Shown here piece after piece: positions 8,807-16,875 of a DNA stretch of 20,000 bases. Both the position numbers and the translations under genes were made by a program. The DNA lies in IMG/VR virus record IMGVR_UViG_3300044451_000218. One strand, given 5' to 3'. The notes under the pieces are model-generated. The model was not told the DNA's origin. It ran no database searches and was given only the letters and a program-made list of their open reading frames with translations. How positions within the stretch are numbered: the first letter of the stretch is position 1; the number at the start of each line of letters is the position of its first letter. The DNA comes from an uncultured virus (IMG/VR IMGVR_UViG_3300044451_000218). Taxonomy: Duplodnaviria > Heunggongvirae > Uroviricota > Caudoviricetes.

Positions 8807-10318
8807 ATGGCTACGCTCAGAAATGTGTTCCTCGGCATGTCGCAAATTACGCACTACGGTGCGGGACTTCCGAATCGCGACAAGAGCGGTGTGTACAAAC
8901 ATATCCCCGTGGGCAACGTGGATCGCGGGATGGTGTCGCCACAGTGCCGCCGTCAGCACGTTCGTGAAGAGATCGTCAAGCGTATGCCGCACCTCGAACT
9001 TTCCGACCAGACGCGGCACTACCCAGACATCCTCATCCCGATGTTGACAGACACGTCCGATAAATTCGGCGGCGTCGCGTTGACCGAATCGGAAGCAAAT
9101 GTGGTCATGCAGTATTTCCGCACCCTGCTACAGAAGAAGACCCGCGAAACGAAAAACGGTCGTTCAAACGCCACCTACAAACATTGGCCGGACTCCATGC
9201 GACTGGTGGCTGCGGCATGTCGAAAAATCAAAGAGAATGGCGGGCAACAATGGTCCGACATTTCCACCCCGTCATCCACCATCGTCATCGAGAACATTCT
9301 CGCCGATCTGGGGCTTGAGAAACAGGACAAAAACGATGACGATGATGATGACAAGAAAGATCCCGAACTGGAAGCCACTCGCAACCGAATCCTCAAAGAA
9401 CTCCCCGGCCGCATGGAGGCCGCGAAGATCGGTTACGATCAAGGTAACGAATTGAAGGCACTCGTTATCGCCATCCGCGATAACGTGCCGCAAGAGCAGC
9501 CGGAACAAGCGGAGAAAATCGAGAAGCCCAACCAGAAGCCTCAAGCCGGTGGCAAGAGGGGTGCCAAGAAGACCGTCGAAACCAGCGGACTGGATGAAAT
9601 TCGCGATAATTTCAAGAAAGCCTTGCTCGCAGAGACGAGCAAAATCAAGGGCAAGAAAATGCTTCGGCTTTCTGACTGGTGTGTGCCGCCATTCGACGTA
9701 GCCCTGTTCGGCAACATGCCCAACGAGAACCTCCACCGGCAGGTTACGCCCGCCATGAACAACACGGCGGCTATCTCAGTCAACCCGTTGGCCCCGGTCA
9801 CCGTTTTCAATACCATCGTTGATACCAAACGGCCGGAATCGAACATGGTGCCGGATCAGAGCTACATGTACGACGCCGTTATGTACTCGTTCGACATGCT
9901 TGACTCCAACCAGTTGTTCCAGAACATGGAGCGAGAGGCCACGGTCGCAGAAGTCGAAGCACTGATCGCGTCGTTCATCGAGTCACTGCCCGGTGCCAAA
10001 CGCGGCACCTCGGCGATCAATTCGCCGCCGATTCTCGTATCAATCGTGCTGTCGGAGTACAACCAACTGTGTTGCGAACGCGCCTTCGTAGAGGCAATCA
10101 ATACGCAAACGGATGATGTTTCACGCATCGCCACCGAACGGCTGTACGGTTTCATGCAGAAGAACCAAGAACAGTGGGAACCTCTCGATACGTTCGTCTA
10201 CTCGGTCGATCCCGTACCAGAGAAACTCAAAGCCCGAACCTACCGCAACACGCGGAAGTTCGCGCGAGCCGTCGCCGAACGCTACGTTGAACTGCGTTGT
10301 AGCGTGACCAAGAAGTAA
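8807..10318 (+). CDS. cas7: Cas7e (Cse4/CasC) backbone subunit, enlarged
   Basis: PNRDKSG..K....G...R..VSPQC.R, DVALFGNM, AISVN, SLPGAK motifs matching Cse4. Confidence 0.88.
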   Translation: MATLRNVFLGMSQITHYGAGLPNRDKSGVYKHIPVGNVDRGMVSPQCRRQHVREEIVKRMPHLELSDQTRHYPDILIPMLTDTSDKFGGVALTESEANVVMQYFRTLLQKKTRETKNGRSNATYKHWPDSMRLVAAACRKIKENGGQQWSDISTPSSTIVIENILADLGLEKQDKNDDDDDDKKDPELEATRNRILKELPGRMEAAKIGYDQGNELKALVIAIRDNVPQEQPEQAEKIEKPNQKPQAGGKRGAKKTVETSGLDEIRDNFKKALLAETSKIKGKKMLRLSDWCVPPFDVALFGNMPNENLHRQVTPAMNNTAAISVNPLAPVTVFNTIVDTKRPESNMVPDQSYMYDAVMYSFDMLDSNQLFQNMEREATVAEVEALIASFIESLPGAKRGTSAINSPPILVSIVLSEYNQLCCERAFVEAINTQTDDVSRIATERLYGFMQKNQEQWEPLDTFVYSVDPVPEKLKARTYRNTRKFARAVAERYVELRCSVTKK

Positions 10319-10371
10319 AACGAAGACCACATTTCCCGATTTATCGGGAGTCACCAATAAAGGTCCAAGAC

Positions 10372-11430
10372 ATGAGCGTCATCAAACTGTTTTTGGCCGG
10401 CTCACGACAGTGTTACGGACTCGAAAATATCGGCCAAACCAAGCCGTGGCCGACCAAAAGCGCCGTCGCTGGCATCGTGGCAAATGCGCTCGGCCTCGAC
10501 TACAAAGACACGACCGAATTCCTCAAAGATTTCAATAAGACCAAAGTACACGTTCGCGTGGACTCTCCCGGTTCTATCTGCGAAGACTTCCAAGTCGCCA
10601 CCGGGTTTGGTGATGCAAACGGCCGCGCCCGCACAATGAAGGAAAAGGTTGCTTACGTCGATAACGGGGTCGTTAAAGAATATAACGCCCCGAAAAAAAC
10701 CATGTTTACACCCACATACCTCTGCGATGCGAGGTTCATGGTTTTTATCGAAGGCCGACGCGAGGTTCTCGAAACTTGGGTCGCCGATCTCGAACGGCCC
10801 AAACGTCCCCTTTATCTCGGACGGTCGTCATGCCTCCCAAGTGAAAACATCTTCGTGTCCCACGAGGACCGAGACATTCAGGAACTGATCGAGAACAGTG
10901 TACTCGAACTACTGCCGGGAACCAAATACGAGGGTCAAAAAACACTCAATACGATCATGGAAGTCCAGAGTGGCGGGTACTTCATCCGAGATGTCGTTCT
11001 TACGTTCAAACCGAGCCACACACACGGTTCACGAATGGTTGTTCAAAAGCCAGTGGTCGTGAAAAATGTTGTCCCGTGGCTGCAAGGCGTGGGCCTTTCC
11101 GGGCGAAGAAATCGTCCGAGTAAAAAGGCACGCGATGAACGCCTTTCATATGACAACAATCGTTGCGTCGAGTGCGGGGCAGTCAAGGACGTGCAATATC
11201 ACCACGTCACATACGAGAACTATGGGTGTGAAAAGCTCGAAGACGCCCGAACCCTCTGCGTCATTTGTCACCGCGCCTGCACGCTTCTCAACAGTCAATT
11301 CGGTCACTTTGATCCGAGGGAACTGCCAGAAGAAGATTACGAGGTCTACCGGAACGTGCGTGACCAGATCGCGGTAGAACATATGAGGATTTTGGAATCA
11401 AGAAAGCAACTGCCGAAGTTGCCCTACTGA
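10372..11430 (+). CDS. cas5: Cas5e fused to a C-terminal HNH nuclease
   Basis: PTKSAVAGIVANALG, YLCDARF, LYLGRSSCLPS (Cas5e); C-terminal CVECG...YHHVTY...TLCVICH (HNH). Confidence 0.92.
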   Translation: MSVIKLFLAGSRQCYGLENIGQTKPWPTKSAVAGIVANALGLDYKDTTEFLKDFNKTKVHVRVDSPGSICEDFQVATGFGDANGRARTMKEKVAYVDNGVVKEYNAPKKTMFTPTYLCDARFMVFIEGRREVLETWVADLERPKRPLYLGRSSCLPSENIFVSHEDRDIQELIENSVLELLPGTKYEGQKTLNTIMEVQSGGYFIRDVVLTFKPSHTHGSRMVVQKPVVVKNVVPWLQGVGLSGRRNRPSKKARDERLSYDNNRCVECGAVKDVQYHHVTYENYGCEKLEDARTLCVICHRACTLLNSQFGHFDPRELPEEDYEVYRNVRDQIAVEHMRILESRKQLPKLPY

Positions 11431-11471
11431 TTCAGCCCATTCCACTATGTCCCATTTTTTGGGAGACTCTT

Positions 11472-12086
11472 ATGTATCGATGCTTCCTGAAGGTCAAACC
11501 CAGTGCCATGATGTCCAGACTGTACGACTGGCACGGGTGGTATGGAATCATTCTCAACGGGTGGCAAGACACTAGGTTTCATCAACAGCCTCGGTCAGAA
11601 AATCGATCCATCCTGTACCGGGTCGAGAACGAACAGATTGTCGTTCAAAGTACAGAACGGCCAGATCAGCCAATCCGCGCACCAGAGATCGCCAGTTGTG
11701 TGATCGAGGAGTATAACCCGAAACCATTCGGGAAGACCAACATCGAAGTGGTCATGGCCGTTTACACGCGGGGCAAGCGGACCAAAGGCGTTGCGCCGCC
11801 CGGAGTCAGAAAGAACCCCACTGCCGGACTATACCTGCCACTCGAAAAGCGACAGTTCTTCCTCCGCAAAATGCAAGACAACGGGTTCGTCGGCGACATC
11901 ATTTCGCTATCGGTCGGCCAGACGTTTTCGTTCTCTTCACCTCACGGTCAAAGTAGAATTGAACTGCCGGTGGCAAACTTCAAAGCCACAGTGGACATCA
12001 AGGACACTAACGCCTTCCTCGACATGATGAAACGAGGCGTCAGCCGCAACAAAGATTCTGGCTGTGGACTTATCGTTCTGCGATAA
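11472..12086 (+). CDS. cas6: Cas6e crRNA-processing endoribonuclease
   Basis: ILYRVE...IVVQS..RP and C-terminal Gly-rich loop GVSRNKDSGCGL; directly upstream of the array. Confidence 0.85.
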   Translation: MYRCFLKVKPSAMMSRLYDWHGWYGIILNGWQDTRFHQQPRSENRSILYRVENEQIVVQSTERPDQPIRAPEIASCVIEEYNPKPFGKTNIEVVMAVYTRGKRTKGVAPPGVRKNPTAGLYLPLEKRQFFLRKMQDNGFVGDIISLSVGQTFSFSSPHGQSRIELPVANFKATVDIKDTNAFLDMMKRGVSRNKDSGCGLIVLR

Positions 12087-12230
12087 TACGCGAGAGCAGA
12101 GGTGTTGAACACTTCCTCTGAATTCGATCTTTGAAAACTTAGACAATTACGCCACGCGAGCTACGCACAAGGCAACCCCTCGCGTGGCGTAATTGTAGTA
12201 CCGATAATAGTTCGATTTGTGGCCATGAGC
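12087..12230 (+). promoter_or_regulatory. CRISPR leader with an 18-bp perfect inverted repeat (12143-12196)
   Basis: Non-coding stretch between cas6 and the conserved end of the array; ACAATTACGCCACGCGAG / CTCGCGTGGCGTAATTGT. Confidence 0.65.
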
Positions 12231-13125
12231 CTCAAACCCTCAATCCCATTCATTGGGAGTTGTCATCTTACCAAGCTCGATGTTCAAGTGACGCCCGCAG
12301 ACCTCAAACCCTCAATCCCATTCATTGGGAGTTGTCATAATTGCTCTTTGAGACGCAGCAACTTCGAGACTTCCGACTCAAACCCTCAATCCCATTCATT
12401 GGGAGTTGTCATGGCGAGCGGCTGCTTCGGGTGATCCAGAAGAAAGAACTCAAACCCTCAATCCCATTCATTGGGAGTTGTCATCCGATCTTCATGGGCA
12501 ACCTTCAGGAAGGCACAACCCCGCCTCAAACCCTCAATCCCATTCATTGGGAGTTGTCATCGCTCGGTGCTGGTCTGCGAGTCGGACGGTGAATGCTCAA
12601 ACCCTCAATCCCATTCATTGGGAGTTGTCATACGAAGGACGGCAAAGGGAAACTTGGCATGGTCCGGCTCAAACCCTCAATCCCATTCATTGGGAGTTGT
12701 CATCTCTGGGTTCTGGTCCGGCGGCAGCAGCTTCTTCATCAAACCCTCAATCCCATTCATTGGGAGTTGTCATCCGTACCCGACCGCTTTGGAAACAAGA
12801 ATGCCCGCCTTAATCCCTCAATCCCATTCATTGGGAGTCGTCATAGCAGCTCAGTGTCGATGGTCGCGAGTTGCGAGTCCGCTCAAGTCCCAATCCCATC
12901 TTTTGGGAGTTGTCATCTGGGAGCCGCAAGCCGATGGGTAGAAGACCAGCAATTTTTGTAACTAATCCCATTTCGTTCGGAGTCGTCATAAGACCGACAG
13001 ATGGGCAGCATGACTGGCTGCAAATTCAATCCCATTTTTTTGTTGGGAGTTGTCATGACGGGTTCGATGGCCTGGATTGCGCTGATGGCACACTTCTCAA
13101 ACTCGTCCCATTCATTGGGAGCTAC
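12231..13125 (+). CRISPR. CRISPR array 1: 13 repeats CTCAAACCCTCAATCCCATTCATTGGGAGTTGTCAT (36 nt), 12 spacers
   Basis: Identical repeats at 12231, 12303, 12377, 12449, 12525, 12596, 12668; progressively degenerate at 12738, 12809, 12882, ~12954, ~13018, 13096; first nine spacers 34-40 nt; TCCCA/TGGGA stem followed by exactly 8 nt. Confidence 0.97.
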
Positions 13126-13754
13126 CTGACTAACTCAATCACCTTCGGCGGCACCTTTTCCGAAACGTAATAGGACGGCCACCTGCTGTCCTCCGAACCA
13201 CGCCCGTCATTCTGCAACTTGTCTTCCAACACCGACCGCTTCACCTTCAACACCACCACCGGCGACGGCCGATCCGAATTGTGTTCCTCATGTTCCTCCA
13301 CCCTCTGCTTCCAGAACTTCACCCCGCCCTTCTCGGCAAAAAACACCTTGCCCGAACTGTAGTCCGAGTAGTTCGTAAACTGCTTGACTGCCGTAGGAGA
13401 CAACCCGTTCTTGCGAATCAGCGGCAACCGCGATTTCGTCGTAACGTGGTAAAGGTAATCGTCCTTACCTTCCTTCTGAATGGCCTCGCGGTCCAACCTA
13501 GCGGCCAATTTCTCGTGATCGACGTTCCTGTAACGCTTCGCCAGTTCGCGGTAAACGAACGCGGCGTAACCCTCGGACACGCCGAGCTTTTTGCCAATCT
13601 CCGCAATCGACAAACGACCCGTCGCAGCCAGTTGCTGCATCGCCCACGGCTTGATGGAAGGCTCAATCGAGGTGTACCACGCTTCCCACGCCTCCCACGG
13701 GTCGCCGGCAGAAGGCGGAACACTCATTTCTAGCCACAGTTTGAAAGTCGTCAT
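13122..13754 (-). CDS. HTH plus ADP-ribosyltransferase-fold (KptA/Tpt1-like) protein
   Basis: Start MTTFKLWLE; LSIAEIGKKLGVS HTH; LYHVT....L..I...GL.P, VFFA, VVLKV, VPPKVI ART-like motifs. Confidence 0.65.
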   Translation of the reverse strand: MTTFKLWLEMSVPPSAGDPWEAWEAWYTSIEPSIKPWAMQQLAATGRLSIAEIGKKLGVSEGYAAFVYRELAKRYRNVDHEKLAARLDREAIQKEGKDDYLYHVTTKSRLPLIRKNGLSPTAVKQFTNYSDYSSGKVFFAEKGGVKFWKQRVEEHEEHNSDRPSPVVVLKVKRSVLEDKLQNDGRGSEDSRWPSYYVSEKVPPKVIELVR

Positions 13755-13759
13755 GACCC

Positions 13760-13766
13760 TATTTAG
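13760..13766 (-). promoter_or_regulatory. T4-like late-promoter motif (TAAATA)
   Basis: Minus strand reads CCCTAAATAGGGTC-ATG immediately before the 13754 start. Confidence 0.4.
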
Positions 13767-13769
13767 GGC

Positions 13770-13798
13770 TTGACGCACATCAACAAAAAGCCTAATCT
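13770..13798 (+). promoter_or_regulatory. sigma70-like promoter
   Basis: TTGACG-17 nt-TAATCT upstream of the RBS and ATG at 13833. Confidence 0.5.
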
Positions 13799-13832
13799 GA
13801 CTTCCACACAGAACAACAAAAGGAATTCCGAC

Positions 13833-14385
13833 ATGAGCCGCTCCGTCATCTGCCGCTGCCGCCACGAAGACTGCGGGCAAGACACCTTCGTCGCACACAT
13901 TGACGACAACCGCCTGCTGCCCCGAATGCGGACGGCAACAGTCACCCGACGTACTCGGCGTCCCCAACGGCCTGTACAAGCACTACAAGGGCAACACCTA
14001 CCGCGTCACCGGCTACGGTCTGCTCACCGACCCCGAAACGCGAGTGGTTTACTACCACAACATCGAGACGCCCGACCAACTGATGGCCCGGCCGACTACA
14101 ATGTTCATCGAGAACGTCAACGGTCAGCCCCGGTTCCAATACATCGGCGGCGAAAGCCCCAACACGTTCCCCGCCCTCGTGAAAGCCGAACTGGAACGCG
14201 CCCGCAGACTGCATCCGGGCAACCAACGCTGCCTGCACGAAGCATACGGCGTTCTTCAGGAAGAAGTTGACGAGTTCTGGGATCTCGTCAAATTCAAGAA
14301 ACCCGACCCCAAGAAGGTACTGGAAGAACTGGTTCAGGTCGCTGCTATGGCACAGAGAAGTGCCGAAGATCTGGAACTCACATGA
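13833..14385 (+). CDS. zinc ribbon + DUF1653 + MazG-like fusion, with an apparent frameshift near 13900
   Basis: GLYKHYKGNTY...ARP..MF...PRF (DUF1653); HEAYGVLQEEVDEFW...EELVQVAAMA (MazG-like); the RBS-supported ATG at 13833 is out of frame with 13900-14385. Confidence 0.7.
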
Positions 14386-14549
14386 GACGACACAACACGT
14401 TGCCCGACGATGAATTCGACTACTACCCGGAAGAGAAGCCCCCGCCGAGACAACCACAGTGGCTCGGCATCGTCGCCCTCGTCGCCCTGCTCGTGATCCT
14501 TGTGTTCGTCTTACACGATTCGGCCGTCAAACTCGGACTCGTCAAATGA
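14382..14549 (+). CDS. small single-pass membrane protein (55 aa, not in ORF track)
   Basis: ATGA-coupled start; WLGIVALVALLVILVFVL hydrophobic helix. Confidence 0.65.
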   Translation: MRRHNTLPDDEFDYYPEEKPPPRQPQWLGIVALVALLVILVFVLHDSAVKLGLVK

Positions 14550-14850
14550 AAAAGGCATTCAACGTGTTCGCCCAGTTGTTCCTCGCCACAAAACACCACA
14601 CGGCAGCTACATGCCAGACTTTGAGTATCCTGATCGTTTTGTGGAGGTGAAAAGCCCGTGGACACTTGCAATTTGCAAAGGCGAGAAACCAAGTAAAAAC
14701 AACTTGTGTAGTGATGTGCAATGGCGTAAGATCCAGTACGTTAACGACCACTTCAAAACGGTTGAAGTGGTCGTACTATCCAAAGCGGAAGCCGCAAAGC
14801 TTTTCGCCAAAGCTCAAACGGGAGTCCTCCAATTCGCTACGCCAGCATAG
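14500..14850 (+). CDS. PD-(D/E)XK nuclease domain, probably N-terminally truncated
   Basis: TPHGSYMPDFEYPDRFVEVKS motif; no convincing start or RBS. Confidence 0.55.
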   Translation: MCSSYTIRPSNSDSSNEKGIQRVRPVVPRHKTPHGSYMPDFEYPDRFVEVKSPWTLAICKGEKPSKNNLCSDVQWRKIQYVNDHFKTVEVVVLSKAEAAKLFAKAQTGVLQFATPA

Positions 14851-14937
14851 TACCTCCCCGACCTCAAAACCTGCCTGCAACGCGCCGGGATCACCGAAAC
14901 CAACGTCAAACTGAAGGGTTTCCATGAAGACGGCAGC

Positions 14938-15921
14938 AGACCAATGGCTTAGGCAGGTGCAGGCAAGGTTGTATGCGATTCGCTTACGGTCTGCAAGCTA
15001 TCGGTCAAGACCAATGGCTTAGGCAGCAGTCAGCCTTGAGGACTACGAAAGAACGCATGTCTGCAAGCTATCGGTCAAGACCAATGGCTTAGGCAGATTC
15101 CGCTCATCTGGTTCCACTTGGGGTATATCGAATCTGCGAGCTATCGGTTACGACCGATAGCTCAGGCAGGAGGGTTGGCGACGGCAGGCATCGGCGCTCT
15201 GCGTGCTATTGGTTACGACCAATCGCTCAGGCAGCCGTCCGTGTCTGGGATTGCGACGACGTGCAGCATCTGCGAGCTATTGCTTACGACCAATGGCTCA
15301 GGCAGTAGCTGATGCCGAGTTCATCGGCAACCTGCGAGTTATCGGCTAAGGCCAATGACTCAGGCAGGACGACTACCTCGATCTGACGCCACTTCTGCGA
15401 GTTATCGGCTAAGGCCAATCGCTCAGGCAGAACCGCTGCCTCGTGTTGCCAATGATGACCGCGACCCTGCGTGCTATTGGTTACGACCAATCGCTCAGGC
15501 AGCCCCAGTCGAACAGGACGTTGGCGACGGCGTTCATCTGCGTGCTATTGGTTACGACCAATGGTTCAAGCAGATTCGGCAGCATTACGGATCTTTTCGA
15601 TGAACCTGCGAGCTATCGGTCAAGACCAATGGCTCAGGCAGAACTATAAGCCCGTGTCGCCTGTCTGCGAACCATCTGCCACGGCTCATGGTTCAAGCAG
15701 GTTCAAGCAGGACATCCTGCTGTTCGACTCTCTGACCGCAAACGACTGCGAGCTATCGGCTAAGGCCAATCGCTCAGGCAGTGTTGGATGTATGCGAAGT
15801 CGCCGTTGCTCGCCTGCGGGCCATCGGTTGCGACCAATGGCTCAAGCAGATCTTGAAGTTCGCGTCATTGCATTTGTTCTGATACCTGCGAGCCATCGGT
15901 TACGGCCAATGGCTCAAGCAG
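14938..15921. CRISPR. orphan CRISPR-like array 2: 14 full plus 1 partial 36-nt hairpin repeats (consensus CTGCGAGCTATCGGTTACGACCAATGGCTCAGGCAG), 14 unique spacers
   Basis: Full repeats at 14991, 15061, 15134, 15199, 15270, 15332, 15395, 15467, 15538, 15606, 15665, 15746, 15814, 15886; 3' half-repeat at 14938-14956; spacers 23-37 nt. Confidence 0.85.
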
Positions 15922-16188
15922 AAGCACTACGTCGCACTCGCCACAGGCTCGCAACCTAAACACCCCGAACACCCGTAAAACGACAACGGCCAACCCGTCA
16001 CCAGATCGTCACCACGACGCTCAAAAACCAACCCGGCATCTTCAACAGCTACCAAGAGGCCATCACAACACTCGCGCAATACGCACAACACGCTCCCCGA
16101 TTCAAACTCGGCGACCAAACCGACTACGAACTCCACCTCAAAACGTTCACCGATAACTACAACTACGACAACTGAAAGGCACACAACC

Positions 16189-16620
16189 ATGAACCGCCGC
16201 GAACTCCTCTCCCTCCCACTGCTCGCCCTCACACCCCCACAAAACCCCCTCCAAGTCCAAATGATCAACTACCAGGGACCGGGAAGACCCAACGATGTCG
16301 ATCCCAAATGGGCAGAAAGGCTCCTAGAAGGCTCTACAATCGATCTTCCGAACACGCAAACCCGCTACCTACACCAACGAAAACAAAACGTGAGCATCCA
16401 AGCCACTAACTTCCTACACGCCAACGTCTTCAACCACGTTGACGAGGTCAAAAAGAAAGCCGCCAAAGCCTTCCCACACTCCTACAAAGGCTTCTGGCAA
16501 GATCACACACACATTCACCTCCAACTGGACCAAATTGTTCACTCCATCCCGCAACCCGCCCCTACCCCGTGGAACGACGAACAGTCGGTCCACAGGGGCA
16601 ATGATGGGCAAGGCTATTAA
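16189..16620 (+). CDS. hypothetical protein with a twin-arginine-like N-terminus
   Basis: MNRRELLSLPLLAL start; GAAAGG RBS. Confidence 0.6.
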   Translation: MNRRELLSLPLLALTPPQNPLQVQMINYQGPGRPNDVDPKWAERLLEGSTIDLPNTQTRYLHQRKQNVSIQATNFLHANVFNHVDEVKKKAAKAFPHSYKGFWQDHTHIHLQLDQIVHSIPQPAPTPWNDEQSVHRGNDGQGY

Positions 16621-16638
16621 CAACTGGGGTCCGAAACC

Positions 16639-16875
16639 ATGAGTGACTTCATCTGCATCCACTGCCGCAAAGAGAAAGCCAAACCACTCACGGAAGAGGA
16701 ACGGCCGTACTTCTGTACCAAGACCTGCGCCACCAAATACGCACTCAACATCGCCAACAAACTCGCCGACTGCCCCAACTGCAAATCTACCCTCACACAC
16801 AGACGGGGTGGAGGGTACTACTACGACAATGATCGCAGGTGCGGGGAGTGCGGACACACATGGGAGCCGAAATGA
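16639..16875 (+). CDS. Cys-rich zinc-finger protein
   Basis: CIHC, CTKTC, CPNC, CGEC motifs. Confidence 0.7.
   Translation: MSDFICIHCRKEKAKPLTEEERPYFCTKTCATKYALNIANKLADCPNCKSTLTHRRGGGYYYDNDRRCGECGHTWEPK

Noticed and set aside
12632..12667. Possible self-targeting: spacer 6 begins ACGAAGGACGG, which also occurs at 3302
   Set aside because: Only 11 nt match. No full protospacer was seen by eye, but a proper alignment was not possible
12219..13170. ORFs with repeated peptides (LKPSIPFIGSCH and others) across array 1
   Set aside because: Artefacts of translating the CRISPR repeats
13755..13979. N-terminal extension of the minus-strand ART-like ORF
   Set aside because: Overlaps the divergent promoter and the plus-strand gene; the ATG at 13754 is a better start
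15170..15537. 12-nt GTTGGCGACGGC shared between two array 2 spacers, and a 10-nt duplication at 15701-15710
   Set aside because: Too short to interpret; the duplication is most simply replication slippage
14938..15921. Array 2 as integron attC sites, REP/BIME elements or a TIGR array
   Set aside because: No RYYYAAC/GTTRRRY ends or gene cassettes; all repeats are direct with single long unique spacers; no dual 9-nt spacer unit structure
15118..15959. ORFs across array 2, which would make it a coding repeat
   Set aside because: Unit lengths are not consistently multiples of three, frames break, and variation preserves base pairing rather than amino acids
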